This document shows positions 47,571-56,462 of a stretch of DNA of 64,000 nucleotides, piece after piece; the first letter of the stretch is position 1, and every line of letters begins with the position of its first letter. Source of the DNA: a virus. Taxonomy: Duplodnaviria; Heunggongvirae; Uroviricota; Caudoviricetes. The notes under the pieces were generated by a model. It worked only from the letters and a program-made list of their open reading frames with translations, had not been told where the DNA came from and did not search any database. A program made the translations under genes and the position numbers. The DNA is taken from IMG/VR virus record IMGVR_UViG_3300047202_000291, one strand, 5' to 3'.

Positions 47571-47851
47571 AACAAGGACAGGTAGTTGTTGATTTTTTAG
47601 TTACCTATGGTTGGGCTATTTTAGTGATCCTTATAGCGATAGGGGCCCTGGTTTATTTCGGAGTTTTAGGTCCGCATCCAAAACAACCAGAAAAAACAGG
47701 TTTATTTGACACAAAATTCGGAGTGCTTAACTGCAGTGATTCGTATTACGTTCAGGATTGTGGTGTGTTCCTGAGTAGATGTAGGAACAATGATTCAACC
47801 ATAGATAATTCGACCCATGTGTGTTTGGTTGATGTAAAGATAATCAAATAG
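47567..47851 (+). CDS. Type-IV pilin-like protein with an archaeal class-III signal peptide
   Basis: MKQG|QVVVDFLVTYGWAILVILIAIGALVYF follows the KG|Q...(E/D)FL hydrophobic-stretch pattern. Confidence 0.5.
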   Translation: MKQGQVVVDFLVTYGWAILVILIAIGALVYFGVLGPHPKQPEKTGLFDTKFGVLNCSDSYYVQDCGVFLSRCRNNDSTIDNSTHVCLVDVKIIK

Positions 47852-47888
47852 ATGGTGGTGACTTTATGCAGAGTCTTATGAGGTAAAT

Positions 47889-48134
47889 ATGGCTAAAAAA
47901 AAACAGCAGAGCATCTGGAGATTTTGGTGGGTGGCTTTAATTGTCATTCTGATTCTTGCCGGAATCTCTGAAATATCGAATCGTATGTCTAGGCATACTC
48001 GGTGTGTGCAGGAAGAGAATGTATGCTATAAAACTGAATGCTCTTTTTGGGGCTGTGGAAAAATCAAGGTAGATATTAACTCTTCGGCCTGTGAGATAAA
48101 GGCAAAAGAATGCACACTTTTTGAGGTGAAATAA
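47889..48134 (+). CDS. Membrane-anchored Cys-rich protein
   Basis: TM helix plus six Cys. Confidence 0.5.
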   Translation: MAKKKQQSIWRFWWVALIVILILAGISEISNRMSRHTRCVQEENVCYKTECSFWGCGKIKVDINSSACEIKAKECTLFEVK

Positions 48135-48355
48135 TGGCTATGAAATGCAAAAAATGTAATGGAATAATTCCAGACATTATGCCGCTTGGCGAGGATAGGG
48201 GCGATTGTAAGAATCATAGAAAGCGAAAGCCAGATATTAATTTTTTTAAACCAACTAAGATTGAAAGAGAATGTATTTGGATAGGAACTGGTTTGAGTGC
48301 TTTTATAATATTTTTGTCAATAATTTGTATGATTATATTGACTTCGGGAGGTTGA
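48134..48355 (+). CDS. Small protein with a CxxC and a C-terminal TM
   Basis: ATG ORF on the + strand. Confidence 0.45.
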   Translation: MAMKCKKCNGIIPDIMPLGEDRGDCKNHRKRKPDINFFKPTKIERECIWIGTGLSAFIIFLSIICMIILTSGG

Positions 48356-48359
48356 TTTT

Positions 48360-48719
48360 ATGATAAGGTGGGAAATAATAATATTATTGGGGCTTGTAGT
48401 TATAGATGTTGCGATGACCTATATTTTGATGTATTTCCTTAAGGAAAAGCTTCATGTTAAGGACTATTATAAGTATGAGCGTAACCCGATTGTGAAGAGG
48501 TTTGTCGCAAAACATGGGCTGCATAAAGGCATCAGGCTTTCCTTTGTCTGGTCTATTGTAATGTGGTTTATCGTTATAATATATCTTAGTATTAGGGTCA
48601 ACTGGTTTGACTTTTCGAGGATGATCTTTCTTGCTATTGGTATTTATGTGATGATGAACACAATACATTTTTATACTTTGCAGGAAGTCCTTGCTCAAGT
48701 TAAGAAGAAAAAAAGGTGA
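48360..48719 (+). CDS. Membrane protein
   Basis: Three TM helices. Confidence 0.55.
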   Translation: MIRWEIIILLGLVVIDVAMTYILMYFLKEKLHVKDYYKYERNPIVKRFVAKHGLHKGIRLSFVWSIVMWFIVIIYLSIRVNWFDFSRMIFLAIGIYVMMNTIHFYTLQEVLAQVKKKKR

Positions 48720-48723
48720 ACTT

Positions 48724-48945
48724 ATGTGGGCCTATTGCTTTAAGCATAAGAACATCTCGGTCACTTGTCATTGTCCTCCGGAGGACTTTGAGCTTGAGTG
48801 TGGCTGTAGGATCAAGGCAAAGGACATAGACAAGCATAGGGTAAAGAGAGTTATGATGGTTGGCAATTTTCTTCTAATTAAGAAGAAGTTTCAGCCTCAG
48901 TATGATTTGGTGGAGGTTGACAAAGATGACATCGGAAAGCGTTAA
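48724..48945 (+). CDS. Cys-rich small protein
   Basis: ATG after AGGTGA. Confidence 0.45.
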   Translation: MWAYCFKHKNISVTCHCPPEDFELECGCRIKAKDIDKHRVKRVMMVGNFLLIKKKFQPQYDLVEVDKDDIGKR

Positions 48946-49255
48946 GAGGGCAATGCATCGTTATCTCCAGACGGAAAAGGGAAAGGTAACTAGGAAGAAA
49001 TGGCTTGATGCTAATAAGGAGAAGATGTCTAGTTATTACAGTAAATATAACAAGAGGCTTCGGGAAAGATGCCGTTTTCATGGGCTGTGCATTCGTTGTC
49101 ATAATAATAAGGTTAAGAAAGGCTATGCTCAGTGCGATGAGTGCCTTGTTAGATTTAAGACAAAGCCGAAAGAGACATGCGAGAAGTGTGGTAATCCTTC
49201 TCGGTCTTTGTTCGATGTAGATGGCGTTTGGCTTTGTGGAGCATGCAAAAAATGA
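48926..49255 (+). CDS. Multi-CxxC zinc-finger protein
   Basis: SD GGAGGT upstream. CRFHGLCIRC...CDEC...CEKCG...CGAC. Confidence 0.55.
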   Translation: MTSESVKRAMHRYLQTEKGKVTRKKWLDANKEKMSSYYSKYNKRLRERCRFHGLCIRCHNNKVKKGYAQCDECLVRFKTKPKETCEKCGNPSRSLFDVDGVWLCGACKK

Positions 49256-49524
49256 TCTCGGCTAAAAAGGCAGAAGAAATCTGGAATAGGGTCCTTAACC
49301 ATTGGAAGGATAAATTTAAGCAGGAAGATTCTCTTGATCCCATAACACTCGCAGCAGTAAGATTGTTGATATTCATGTTCCCTCACGAGGACGGCAACCA
49401 AAGAGTTGTCGATATGCGCACTGGATTTACCCATCTTGTTCCTTTAGAGGAGATAATTCTCAATGGTTTGCATGGCACAGACCTCCATAAATTTCCGATA
49501 GAATATAAACCAAAAAAAAGGTGA
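49252..49524 (+). CDS. Hypothetical protein
   Basis: ATG at 49252. Confidence 0.5.
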   Translation: MISAKKAEEIWNRVLNHWKDKFKQEDSLDPITLAAVRLLIFMFPHEDGNQRVVDMRTGFTHLVPLEEIILNGLHGTDLHKFPIEYKPKKR

Positions 49525-49545
49525 ATCAAATGACCTCAGTAGAAG

Positions 49546-49746
49546 GTGATTAAATTGTATTGTGTTGAATGTGAGAAAAGAATTAAAAAAGGGTATAAAT
49601 TTATGGCAGATGTATTCTGTTCAAAAAGGTGTCTGATTAAATCAGTCATGGAAAATATGGATGTGGAATTTGGTAAACAAACTGAAAAAGAACTTTTTGA
49701 GGATGAAGCAATCAGAGATTCCCAAAAAGAATTATTTGGAAAATGA
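49546..49746 (+). CDS. Zinc-ribbon-like small protein (non-ATG start)
   Basis: CVECEK...C..C. Confidence 0.4.
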   Translation: MIKLYCVECEKRIKKGYKFMADVFCSKRCLIKSVMENMDVEFGKQTEKELFEDEAIRDSQKELFGK

Positions 49747-49755
49747 GGCGATTTT

Positions 49756-49989
49756 ATGAGAAAGACAATAACTGTAATTAAAAGGGAGTTTTGGATCGTT
49801 TCAGCAATTCTCGGTGCAATTGCTTTTTTGACTGCTCTTTATTCTGAGCGGTTTTGGCTTAAGCTTTGTCTTATTCCATTGAGCTTACTCCTTATATTTA
49901 TCGGCGCAATGAAACTTAAGGAAAATGAGCATACAATTATAGTGAGATTTTTAGAGGTTAAAAAGCTCCATGGTAGAAAAGATTTATGA
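49756..49989 (+). CDS. Membrane protein
   Basis: Two TM helices. Confidence 0.5.
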   Translation: MRKTITVIKREFWIVSAILGAIAFLTALYSERFWLKLCLIPLSLLLIFIGAMKLKENEHTIIVRFLEVKKLHGRKDL

Positions 49990-50362
49990 ATGGAATCAGA
50001 TACAAGAAGGCGATTTTATCAGAGTCTCTTGGGAAGAGGCAAAATATGTCGAGAACCACTGGACAATCAAGCCACAGTTCCTTGTTGCTAAAATCATTGA
50101 GAAGACGTTTCGTCACTTGGATTGTGAGGTTTATTTCCCAAGTGATAAGGAGTTTTACCGTGACGTCATAGATTTGATGGTTAAAAAAGGCAATGTTGAG
50201 CTTAATATTCGGAATAAGATTGTCATCCCGAGATCAGCTTTTACTCATTTAACGTGGTCAAAGAAGAAGCGCATGGACGCCTTGATCAGGGATAAGGAGC
50301 CCTTGGTCTATACCAAGGTTCAGAAGCTCAAGCCATCAGATGTGCTTATTTATGAAATATAG
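49970..50362 (+). CDS. Hypothetical protein
   Basis: ATG ORF on the + strand. Confidence 0.55.
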   Translation: MVEKIYEWNQIQEGDFIRVSWEEAKYVENHWTIKPQFLVAKIIEKTFRHLDCEVYFPSDKEFYRDVIDLMVKKGNVELNIRNKIVIPRSAFTHLTWSKKKRMDALIRDKEPLVYTKVQKLKPSDVLIYEI

Positions 50363-50370
50363 GTGGGTGA

Positions 50371-50664
50371 ATGATTAATTGTCCGGTTTGTAAAAATCAG
50401 ATTCCAGAAATAATTGTCAATTGTCATTTTTGTGGAAAGGAATTAAATGCTACAGCAAAGATAAGAAAGCTCGTTGCTGAATTAGAAGATTCAAAAGCAA
50501 AAGGTAAGATTTTTCATAAGCGGCTGAATGAGATGAATTTGTTGTTCAGCAAGGTTGTGAAATGGAATTATAATCAGAGATTTCGCTTTAGGAGAAAATC
50601 ATTTAAAGAGCTGAATGATTTGATTCATGAATGGCAGAAGGAGAAGCAACATGGCAAAACATAA
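50371..50664 (+). CDS. Zinc-ribbon protein
   Basis: CPVC...CHFCG. Confidence 0.5.
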   Translation: MINCPVCKNQIPEIIVNCHFCGKELNATAKIRKLVAELEDSKAKGKIFHKRLNEMNLLFSKVVKWNYNQRFRFRRKSFKELNDLIHEWQKEKQHGKT

Positions 50665-50968
50665 ATGTGAAATCTGTGGAAAAGACCACGGAAAGAATGC
50701 GAAGAAAAAACATCTGAAATATTGCGTGAAGCATGATTTCTGGCATGAAGGAGATAAGTGCCCTCGGCACGTTTTGGCTGCTAAACGGGCTTATAATTAT
50801 GATCGAAAGATTGATAAAACGAGGAGGATAATAATGGTGGAAGACAAGAATAAAACAAGTGAGTATGATTTAAGGCAGACGAAAGTAATATGCGCATGGC
50901 TTTTTGGGACAGCAATCTTGATAGCCTTGCTTGTATTTATTTATCAAATTGTTTGTAGATGTCATTAA
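50651..50968 (+). CDS. Zinc-ribbon protein with a C-terminal TM
   Basis: CEICGK...C..H...C. Confidence 0.5.
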   Translation: MAKHKCEICGKDHGKNAKKKHLKYCVKHDFWHEGDKCPRHVLAAKRAYNYDRKIDKTRRIIMVEDKNKTSEYDLRQTKVICAWLFGTAILIALLVFIYQIVCRCH

Positions 50969-50985
50969 ACTATAAAGGTGAAAAA

Positions 50986-51462
50986 ATGAAACTGAATGAA
51001 GTTTTAGGGGAGTTGAAGAAGCTCGATGGGGATTTGAATAAGCTGTATTCGAAGAGAGAGCGTACCTTGAAATCAAATCCTGTGACGCATGTTGATAAGA
51101 TGACCTTGCAGGAAATTAAGGATGCTGAGGCAAAGTTCTCCGCAGAAAGGGCTAAGAAATATATTGAGATTGATGCAGAGATAGAGCGCGTTAAGCAGAG
51201 GATAATTGGTCTTAAGGTCTTGCTTATGGCGCGTAATCATGAGCTTGGCCTGAATGAGAAAATCATCAGGCTCAAGATGATCAGGATTGAGCTCTCTAAA
51301 TTGATGGGCTTAGTTGATACTGATAGGTATTTCCTGTCTTCATCTGCTCTCGATTCGGCTGTTGATGACCTTCAGATCAATGAGAAGATAAAGAATCTTG
51401 AAGCAGAGAAAAGAAAGATTGATGCTGAAATCCAGGCAATTAACTGGAATAATTCAGCTTGA
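50986..51462 (+). CDS. Coiled-coil protein
   Basis: ATG after AGGTGA. Confidence 0.55.
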   Translation: MKLNEVLGELKKLDGDLNKLYSKRERTLKSNPVTHVDKMTLQEIKDAEAKFSAERAKKYIEIDAEIERVKQRIIGLKVLLMARNHELGLNEKIIRLKMIRIELSKLMGLVDTDRYFLSSSALDSAVDDLQINEKIKNLEAEKRKIDAEIQAINWNNSA

Positions 51463-51709
51463 TGCTCCTTACTTGTTGTGACTAACCAGTTAGGAGATTG
51501 TGGATTGTTGAATGAAGCTGTCTCGTAATTAATTATGGACACCACTTCCCTTCGCGGGGAGGACGCGGCTTTTCAATTCGGTGCATCGTTTGCCTCAAGA
51601 ATCAAGCACCTGCGAACTTTCAACTTATCAAGAATCATTATGCTGACTATGCTAATGTTGGCAGCTAATTTAGCAATCCACAATTTTTTAATAATAGGAG
51701 GTAATAAAA

Positions 51710-51901
51710 ATGCCATATGAATATGAGCTTATAATAGATGGAAAAATTAGAAGAAGGGACAACAGCGAGTTTAGGCCGAATGTCATCGCCATTATGGTCG
51801 AGGATATGGTGAAACTATCTAGTAAGAATAGATCATTCGAGATGAAAATAAAGATGGTTGAGCATTGGCAAGACCTGCAGAAGAAAATGCCTTTTAGGTG
51901 A
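51710..51901 (+). CDS. Hypothetical protein
   Basis: SD AGGAGGT upstream. Confidence 0.5.
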   Translation: MPYEYELIIDGKIRRRDNSEFRPNVIAIMVEDMVKLSSKNRSFEMKIKMVEHWQDLQKKMPFR

Positions 51902-51905
51902 GCCG

Positions 51906-52235
51906 ATGAATTTTATTGAATACCAGCATTATAGCAGAAAAACTGCCATATATCCCGAACTCGGTAAAAATTTCTTATATCCGACAATAGGCTTATTCGG
52001 TGAATGTGGCGAAATCGCTGAAAAGATAAAGAAAATAATCAGGGATAAGCATAATAAGGTTTCTAAAGCTGATAAGATGGAAATAAAGAAAGAGCTTGGC
52101 GATGTCCTTTGGTACATCTCAGCATTATGCTCAGAATTAAAATTATCATTGAATGATGTTGCGGAATCAAATATAAGTAAGCTTCAATCAAGAAAGAATA
52201 GAAGTCTTCTGCACGGAGATGGCGATAACAGATGA
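51906..52235 (+). CDS. mazG: MazG-like nucleotide pyrophosphohydrolase
   Basis: FGECGEIAEK...ELGDVLWYISALC...NISKLQSR (EExxE/D metal-binding helices). Confidence 0.7.
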   Translation: MNFIEYQHYSRKTAIYPELGKNFLYPTIGLFGECGEIAEKIKKIIRDKHNKVSKADKMEIKKELGDVLWYISALCSELKLSLNDVAESNISKLQSRKNRSLLHGDGDNR

Positions 52236-52408
52236 TTCCAAATTGTATTGGTTGTAGATGGGAGCTTGACGAAGCTTATCGTGCGCAGGAGCAGGATGGC
52301 TTGTACTTGGCTACTTGCAAAGATTGGCCAAGTTCAGAGAATATTGGTCATCGTGGTCATTTCGCACTTGTGCTTGTAAATGATGATGGCAAAGTGATTA
52401 TGAGGTAA
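52232..52408 (+). CDS. Small Cys-containing protein (58 aa)
   Basis: ATGA overlap with the upstream gene. Confidence 0.45.
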   Translation: MIPNCIGCRWELDEAYRAQEQDGLYLATCKDWPSSENIGHRGHFALVLVNDDGKVIMR

Positions 52409-52410
52409 GC

Positions 52411-52674
52411 ATGGATATTGAAAAATTAAGTGCTAAGCACAAGCTCGAGGAACTTGGGCTTAAGGCTTGGGACGAAAACGGATTGATGCTTTTACCGGAG
52501 AAGCTGTTGAAATTTATTCCCGATAATATGATTATGACATCCATAAATAAACATCGTCGGTACAAGAAACAAATCGATACGGATACGAGGGGCGGAATCC
52601 TAGCTTATGGATTTATAGAAGATCAATATGAGAAGATAGCTAGTTTATTAATGAGGAAAGCGAAGAATGAATGA
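52411..52674 (+). CDS. Hypothetical protein
   Basis: ATG ORF on the + strand. Confidence 0.5.
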   Translation: MDIEKLSAKHKLEELGLKAWDENGLMLLPEKLLKFIPDNMIMTSINKHRRYKKQIDTDTRGGILAYGFIEDQYEKIASLLMRKAKNE

Positions 52675-52879
52675 TTTTAAATTCAAAGTGGATAATGGGG
52701 ACGATCTTATTTTTTTTATTTCCGGTTTATTGATGGCAGGAATGTTCCTTTATAAGAATAATTTTAACTTGTCGTGGCCATTAGGATTTCCACTTATCTT
52801 CCTCTTGATCGTCTCGATTATAATTTTTTATGCCTCTTTTATATCTCTTAAATTGTTGAGGGCTAACAAAATTCTTTAA
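52667..52879 (+). CDS. Small membrane protein
   Basis: Two TM helices. Confidence 0.45.
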   Translation: MNDFKFKVDNGDDLIFFISGLLMAGMFLYKNNFNLSWPLGFPLIFLLIVSIIIFYASFISLKLLRANKIL

Positions 52880-52900
52880 AGCGAAACATTTAAATATATT
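52879..52900 (+). promoter_or_regulatory. BRE/TATA-like promoter AAAGCGAAACATTTAAATATAT
   Basis: Shares AAGCGAAACATTTA.ATAT with the 34087 promoter. Nothing but a 4-codon ORF follows before the terminator. Confidence 0.45.
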
Positions 52901-52911
52901 AAACTTACTTG

Positions 52912-52990
52912 ATTGATTATGTTTGCGAAATAGCCCTGTAAGTGAGCTGTGGCGGGATAATTAAACTTGTCCCGCCTTCATTTTTATAGG
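52912..52990 (+). ncRNA. Candidate ~80-nt small RNA (promoter, 23-nt element, intrinsic terminator), antisense-complementary to 11235-11256
   Basis: TATA at 52889-98. GCGAAATAGCCCTGTAAGTGAGC at 52926-48. Hairpin GGCGGGA-N12-TCCCGCC at 52952-77 followed by TTCATTTTT. Confidence 0.35.
52952..52990 (+). terminator. Hairpin plus T-tract terminator-like element
   Basis: GGCGGGATAATTAAACTTGTCCCGCC then TTCATTTTTA. Confidence 0.5.
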
Positions 52991-53007
52991 TCGGAGGAGG
53001 TTGGGTG

Positions 53008-53166
53008 ATGATGATGGACAAAGACTATCCTATTATGGTTAAGGCGGACACTAAAAAAGCTCTTTCTGATTTCAAGACGAGGAACGAAGTAAAGATCCTT
53101 ATGCATAAGAAGAGGCGGTATGCTTCTTGGGATGATGTCATTAAATTTTTGTTGAGGGATAAATAA
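53008..53166 (+). CDS. Small DNA-binding-like protein (52 aa; RHH/CopG-like?)
   Basis: Strong SD GGAGGAGGTTGGGTG upstream. Confidence 0.5.
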   Translation: MMMDKDYPIMVKADTKKALSDFKTRNEVKILMHKKRRYASWDDVIKFLLRDK

Positions 53167-53186
53167 AGGTTAAGGAGGCGATAGCT

Positions 53187-53648
53187 ATGGCAATTCCGCC
53201 AGTTATGATTTTAGGGATTAGGGCAAAGACAATAGTCTGGTTTTTTATAGCAGTTGTCCTCGGTCTGATCTTTTCAATGGTTATGTGGCCCCAATGGTGG
53301 AGGAAGTATTATCAGAAGAAGAAAGAAGAAGCTTTAAAGAAAGAAGCCCTGAAGAAAGGTACTAAGATAGAGCTTCCGAAGAAGAAATTTAACATATGGT
53401 TTTTAATTGCTATAATTTTGATTTTGTTATGTGGAATTATCATCGGTTCGATGTTGGGCTTTAAGCAGGCAGTTGATCATATACCTCAGCCAGTTTTGGC
53501 AACGAGTTGCATTGAGTATAATCAATGCTCTCAGATTAACTGTTCGGAACTGATGACTGCGGGATGCCCCGGGTGTGTGTGTTCTTATTGCGGTGATCCG
53601 AGCTATAATGGTGCCGTAAGGATCGAAATACCCTATCCGAGGCGATAA
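53187..53648 (+). CDS. Membrane protein with an extracellular Cys-rich domain
   Basis: GGAGGCGATAGCTATGG start context. CIEYNQCSQINCSELMTAGCPGCVCSYCGD. Confidence 0.55.
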   Translation: MAIPPVMILGIRAKTIVWFFIAVVLGLIFSMVMWPQWWRKYYQKKKEEALKKEALKKGTKIELPKKKFNIWFLIAIILILLCGIIIGSMLGFKQAVDHIPQPVLATSCIEYNQCSQINCSELMTAGCPGCVCSYCGDPSYNGAVRIEIPYPRR

Positions 53649-53656
53649 TCATTGTT

Positions 53657-53839
53657 ATGATAGTTGCAATAATCATCACCGTGATGGCTTTTTTAACGCT
53701 GTTCGGTTTTATGTATTGGTTAGCAGATAAGGTGGATAAGGAGCAGGAGCAAATTAACCAATACAACGAATGGTTGCGGCAGCAACAGCAGTATTATTTT
53801 GAAGGACAGGGGCAACATGGATATGGCAGTTGGCTTTAA
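53657..53839 (+). CDS. Small membrane protein
   Basis: TM helix. Confidence 0.45.
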   Translation: MIVAIIITVMAFLTLFGFMYWLADKVDKEQEQINQYNEWLRQQQQYYFEGQGQHGYGSWL

Positions 53840-54065
53840 GCTATCGAATGTCTTGGAAATCGAGATTGATCCTGAGGAGGATAATGCCCTCATTTTCACG
53901 ACAAAGGCAATCAGGTATAGGATTATTTTTGATGATGTTAAAAAAAGGGATAAGATGGTTCAGATGATTGCTGCCTTTAGGGAACCTAAGCAGGGATCAG
54001 TTCCAGAGAAGCCAAAGAAAACTTTTTATATAGAAGAGAGTAAGATGCATGAGAACAAACCTTAG
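53817..54065 (+). CDS. Hypothetical protein
   Basis: ATG at 53817. Confidence 0.45.
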   Translation: MDMAVGFKLSNVLEIEIDPEEDNALIFTTKAIRYRIIFDDVKKRDKMVQMIAAFREPKQGSVPEKPKKTFYIEESKMHENKP

Positions 54066-54142
54066 CAAAGCAGAATATGCTGAAAGACTGCATAAGATGA
54101 AAAAAGATTTATCTGTTCTCGGTTCAGTTATTCTCCAAGAAT

Positions 54143-54817
54143 ATGAGCAGTGGGGTGATGTATTTGAAGAAAAGAGAACCTGTAAGGGTGATAAAGCAAG
54201 AGAACATTAAATATATTTGTACCGAATGTGGCCATATTGAGAAAAGGACTTTATTCGACAGGGTTGTTTTCACAATTTGCCGTTTTGCTGGGATAACCGG
54301 ATTCCTATTCCTTATTTTTCTTATTATTTTTTCACATGGCGAGATTGGTGGGCTTTTGCCAATCTATGTGCAGACTTTAAAATACAATACGGCTTATGAG
54401 AAGAATTTTGATCTTAAGATCGCTGTTGCGCCCCCGGTTAAGTCCTGCATAACTAATGAGGATTGTATCATCATAAAGATGGCTGAGTTTTTGAAGAATG
54501 AAACAACATATGTTCTTCAAGGGGACAACATGGAGCAGGATCCGATGACCACTTTGCAAATCGGTGGAGGTAATTGTGAAGATCTGAGTATCTTGACCGC
54601 GGGAGCTCTCCGTCAATTTGGAATCATGGCCTTCGTGAACTGTAAGATAAAATATCGGCATTGTTTTGCAACAGCTTATCCTGCGGGAAAGGATTATTTT
54701 TATATTATTGATCTGACAAAAGATATTTCCTTTATCGAGAAATTAGATATTGGTGTTGATCCTTGGAGTGTTTATGATAAGCATATAGAATATGAATACA
54801 TCGAGCTTGAGGACTGA
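54143..54817 (+). CDS. Transglutaminase-like Cys-protease-fold protein with an N-terminal zinc ribbon and TM
   Basis: CTECGH; TM helix; GGGNCEDLSILTAGALRQFGI...H...D (Cys-His-Asp core). Confidence 0.55.
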   Translation: MSSGVMYLKKREPVRVIKQENIKYICTECGHIEKRTLFDRVVFTICRFAGITGFLFLIFLIIFSHGEIGGLLPIYVQTLKYNTAYEKNFDLKIAVAPPVKSCITNEDCIIIKMAEFLKNETTYVLQGDNMEQDPMTTLQIGGGNCEDLSILTAGALRQFGIMAFVNCKIKYRHCFATAYPAGKDYFYIIDLTKDISFIEKLDIGVDPWSVYDKHIEYEYIELED

Positions 54818-54920
54818 TGGGTGAATGATGACTTTCCTTTATTATTTAATTCCAATTTGTATGCTTATATTTGTTATTTGGCTGATTGTTAAAGTGCAGG
54901 GTTGGGATCCGGCGGGATAA

Positions 54921-55157
54921 ATGGTATCACTCTTCGCGTCCTTTTCAGGAATTGGAAAAATTATTTTTTATGGGCTGATGCTGTTCGCAGTCTTTTATGT
55001 TTACCTGTTGTTCACCCAGCCGCAGAATGCCTTGCACTATGCTGAGGTTATGTTCACGGCAATCTTTAAAATCATATCCGGAATATTTTATGTGGTTTAT
55101 AAGGTCTTAGAGGCCTTAGTTAAGCTCATAGCAAGATTGTTCAAAAGAAGACGATGA
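54921..55157 (+). CDS. Membrane protein
   Basis: Two TM helices. Confidence 0.5.
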   Translation: MVSLFASFSGIGKIIFYGLMLFAVFYVYLLFTQPQNALHYAEVMFTAIFKIISGIFYVVYKVLEALVKLIARLFKRRR

Positions 55158-55444
55158 TCAAAGCACCTAAGCAAAAAAGAATATCCTCATTGCGGTTCTG
55201 CACAGTCTGTAAGAAGAACACCATTTTTGTTTTCAACAATGTAATTGGTCACAGTGAATGCCAGGGGTGTGGCTTCAGATTTTCAGCCCCAGTCAGGGAT
55301 AATGTAATCGAAGTAATTAATAACAGGATTGTTGAATTGAAAAGGCATCTGGAAACAAATAGCTCGATCGAGAAGCGTCCTGTTGAAGCGAGGATTGATG
55401 AGCTATGTTGGTTAAGAAAAAAGATCACCGAGGTGAAAAAATGA
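55154..55444 (+). CDS. Zinc-ribbon protein
   Basis: CTVC...CQGCG. Confidence 0.55.
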   Translation: MIKAPKQKRISSLRFCTVCKKNTIFVFNNVIGHSECQGCGFRFSAPVRDNVIEVINNRIVELKRHLETNSSIEKRPVEARIDELCWLRKKITEVKK

Positions 55445-55593
55445 TAGATAAAGTTCAGATTACAATCAGCGCATGGAATTTTCAGAGGCTTTGCGAATTG
55501 CACGATAGGTTGCTAAAAGCCAAGGGCTCTGTTATGGTTGAGCAGGATATAAATTACATGATTGGTAGGTTATTAGATGGGGTGAAAAAATGA
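55441..55593 (+). CDS. Small hypothetical protein
   Basis: ATG after GAGGTGA. Confidence 0.5.
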   Translation: MIDKVQITISAWNFQRLCELHDRLLKAKGSVMVEQDINYMIGRLLDGVKK

Positions 55594-55883
55594 GATATAT
55601 CATTCAGACTGAAGACAGTGAAGGTATCATAGGGATGGCTTTGGCAAAATGGAATAAGGAGAAGAAGCTCGAGCTGATTGAGAAAGGAGAGCCAATAATT
55701 GAGCTTCAGGCTCATCTTGAGCGCGTTGCAAAAGCATTAGAGATATTAAAGAAAGCAGGGTACAATAGCGCAGTGATGAAGAACTGGATATATCAGCAGA
55801 CTAAGCTTCCGAAGTCAAAAGTCGATGCTGTGCTGTCAAGCCAGGAAGAGTTTTTCAAGCAAATTGGTATTATGAAAAGATAA
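55590..55883 (+). CDS. Hypothetical protein
   Basis: ATGA overlap with the upstream gene. Confidence 0.55.
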   Translation: MRYIIQTEDSEGIIGMALAKWNKEKKLELIEKGEPIIELQAHLERVAKALEILKKAGYNSAVMKNWIYQQTKLPKSKVDAVLSSQEEFFKQIGIMKR

Positions 55884-55893
55884 GGGTGTCAAA

Positions 55894-56136
55894 ATGGGCT
55901 TAGCATCTATAAATATGAATAGTAGTCCTTGGGGCTTGCCAAAAAGTTGGGATATGAAATTGTGGCTGGCATTTAAGAAACATCATTTAGATGCTGACTT
56001 CAATGAAACTGAAATAGAGGCTAATCTCAAAAAGGAACTTTTAATAATAGATAAATATGGAATAAAAGCAGTAAAGAAAAATTTAGAAAAATCTATTTTG
56101 GGGGAAGATAAAAATGCCAACTATGGAAGAGCTTAA
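55894..56136 (+). CDS. Hypothetical protein
   Basis: ATG ORF on the + strand. Confidence 0.5.
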   Translation: MGLASINMNSSPWGLPKSWDMKLWLAFKKHHLDADFNETEIEANLKKELLIIDKYGIKAVKKNLEKSILGEDKNANYGRA

Positions 56137-56458
56137 TGCGAAATTCAAGAACAATGCCTTTTTCTCTAAGATTAAGGGAGTCACTCAGGGTAATCGGCAG
56201 CAAAATCTTAAGGGTCTGCAGAAGGCCCAGAAGCTTTATCCTAAATTCGAGGACGACAATCCCGTGGATCCAAATGCCATAAAGCTTTTTGCAGATGAAA
56301 CGATGCTTATAGACCTTGGTTACATATCGAGAGATTTGGTTGCTGATCTTAGGGAGTTTAAGAAGCTCGGCATCGATTTTGAGATTCGGGTGACCGATGT
56401 GACTGGCCTCAACAAGCAGACTCAAGGCTGCAATATCCTTATTATGTTGAAAAGGTGA
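56114..56458 (+). CDS. Hypothetical protein
   Basis: ATG ORF on the + strand. Confidence 0.55.
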   Translation: MPTMEELNAKFKNNAFFSKIKGVTQGNRQQNLKGLQKAQKLYPKFEDDNPVDPNAIKLFADETMLIDLGYISRDLVADLREFKKLGIDFEIRVTDVTGLNKQTQGCNILIMLKR

Positions 56459-56462
56459 ACTG

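Noticed and set aside
54049-54210. 53-aa ORF overlapping the start of the 54143 gene in another frame
   Set aside because: It competes with the long transglutaminase-like gene, whose zinc-ribbon N-terminus is coherent. It may be an alternative upstream ORF, but it is not called.
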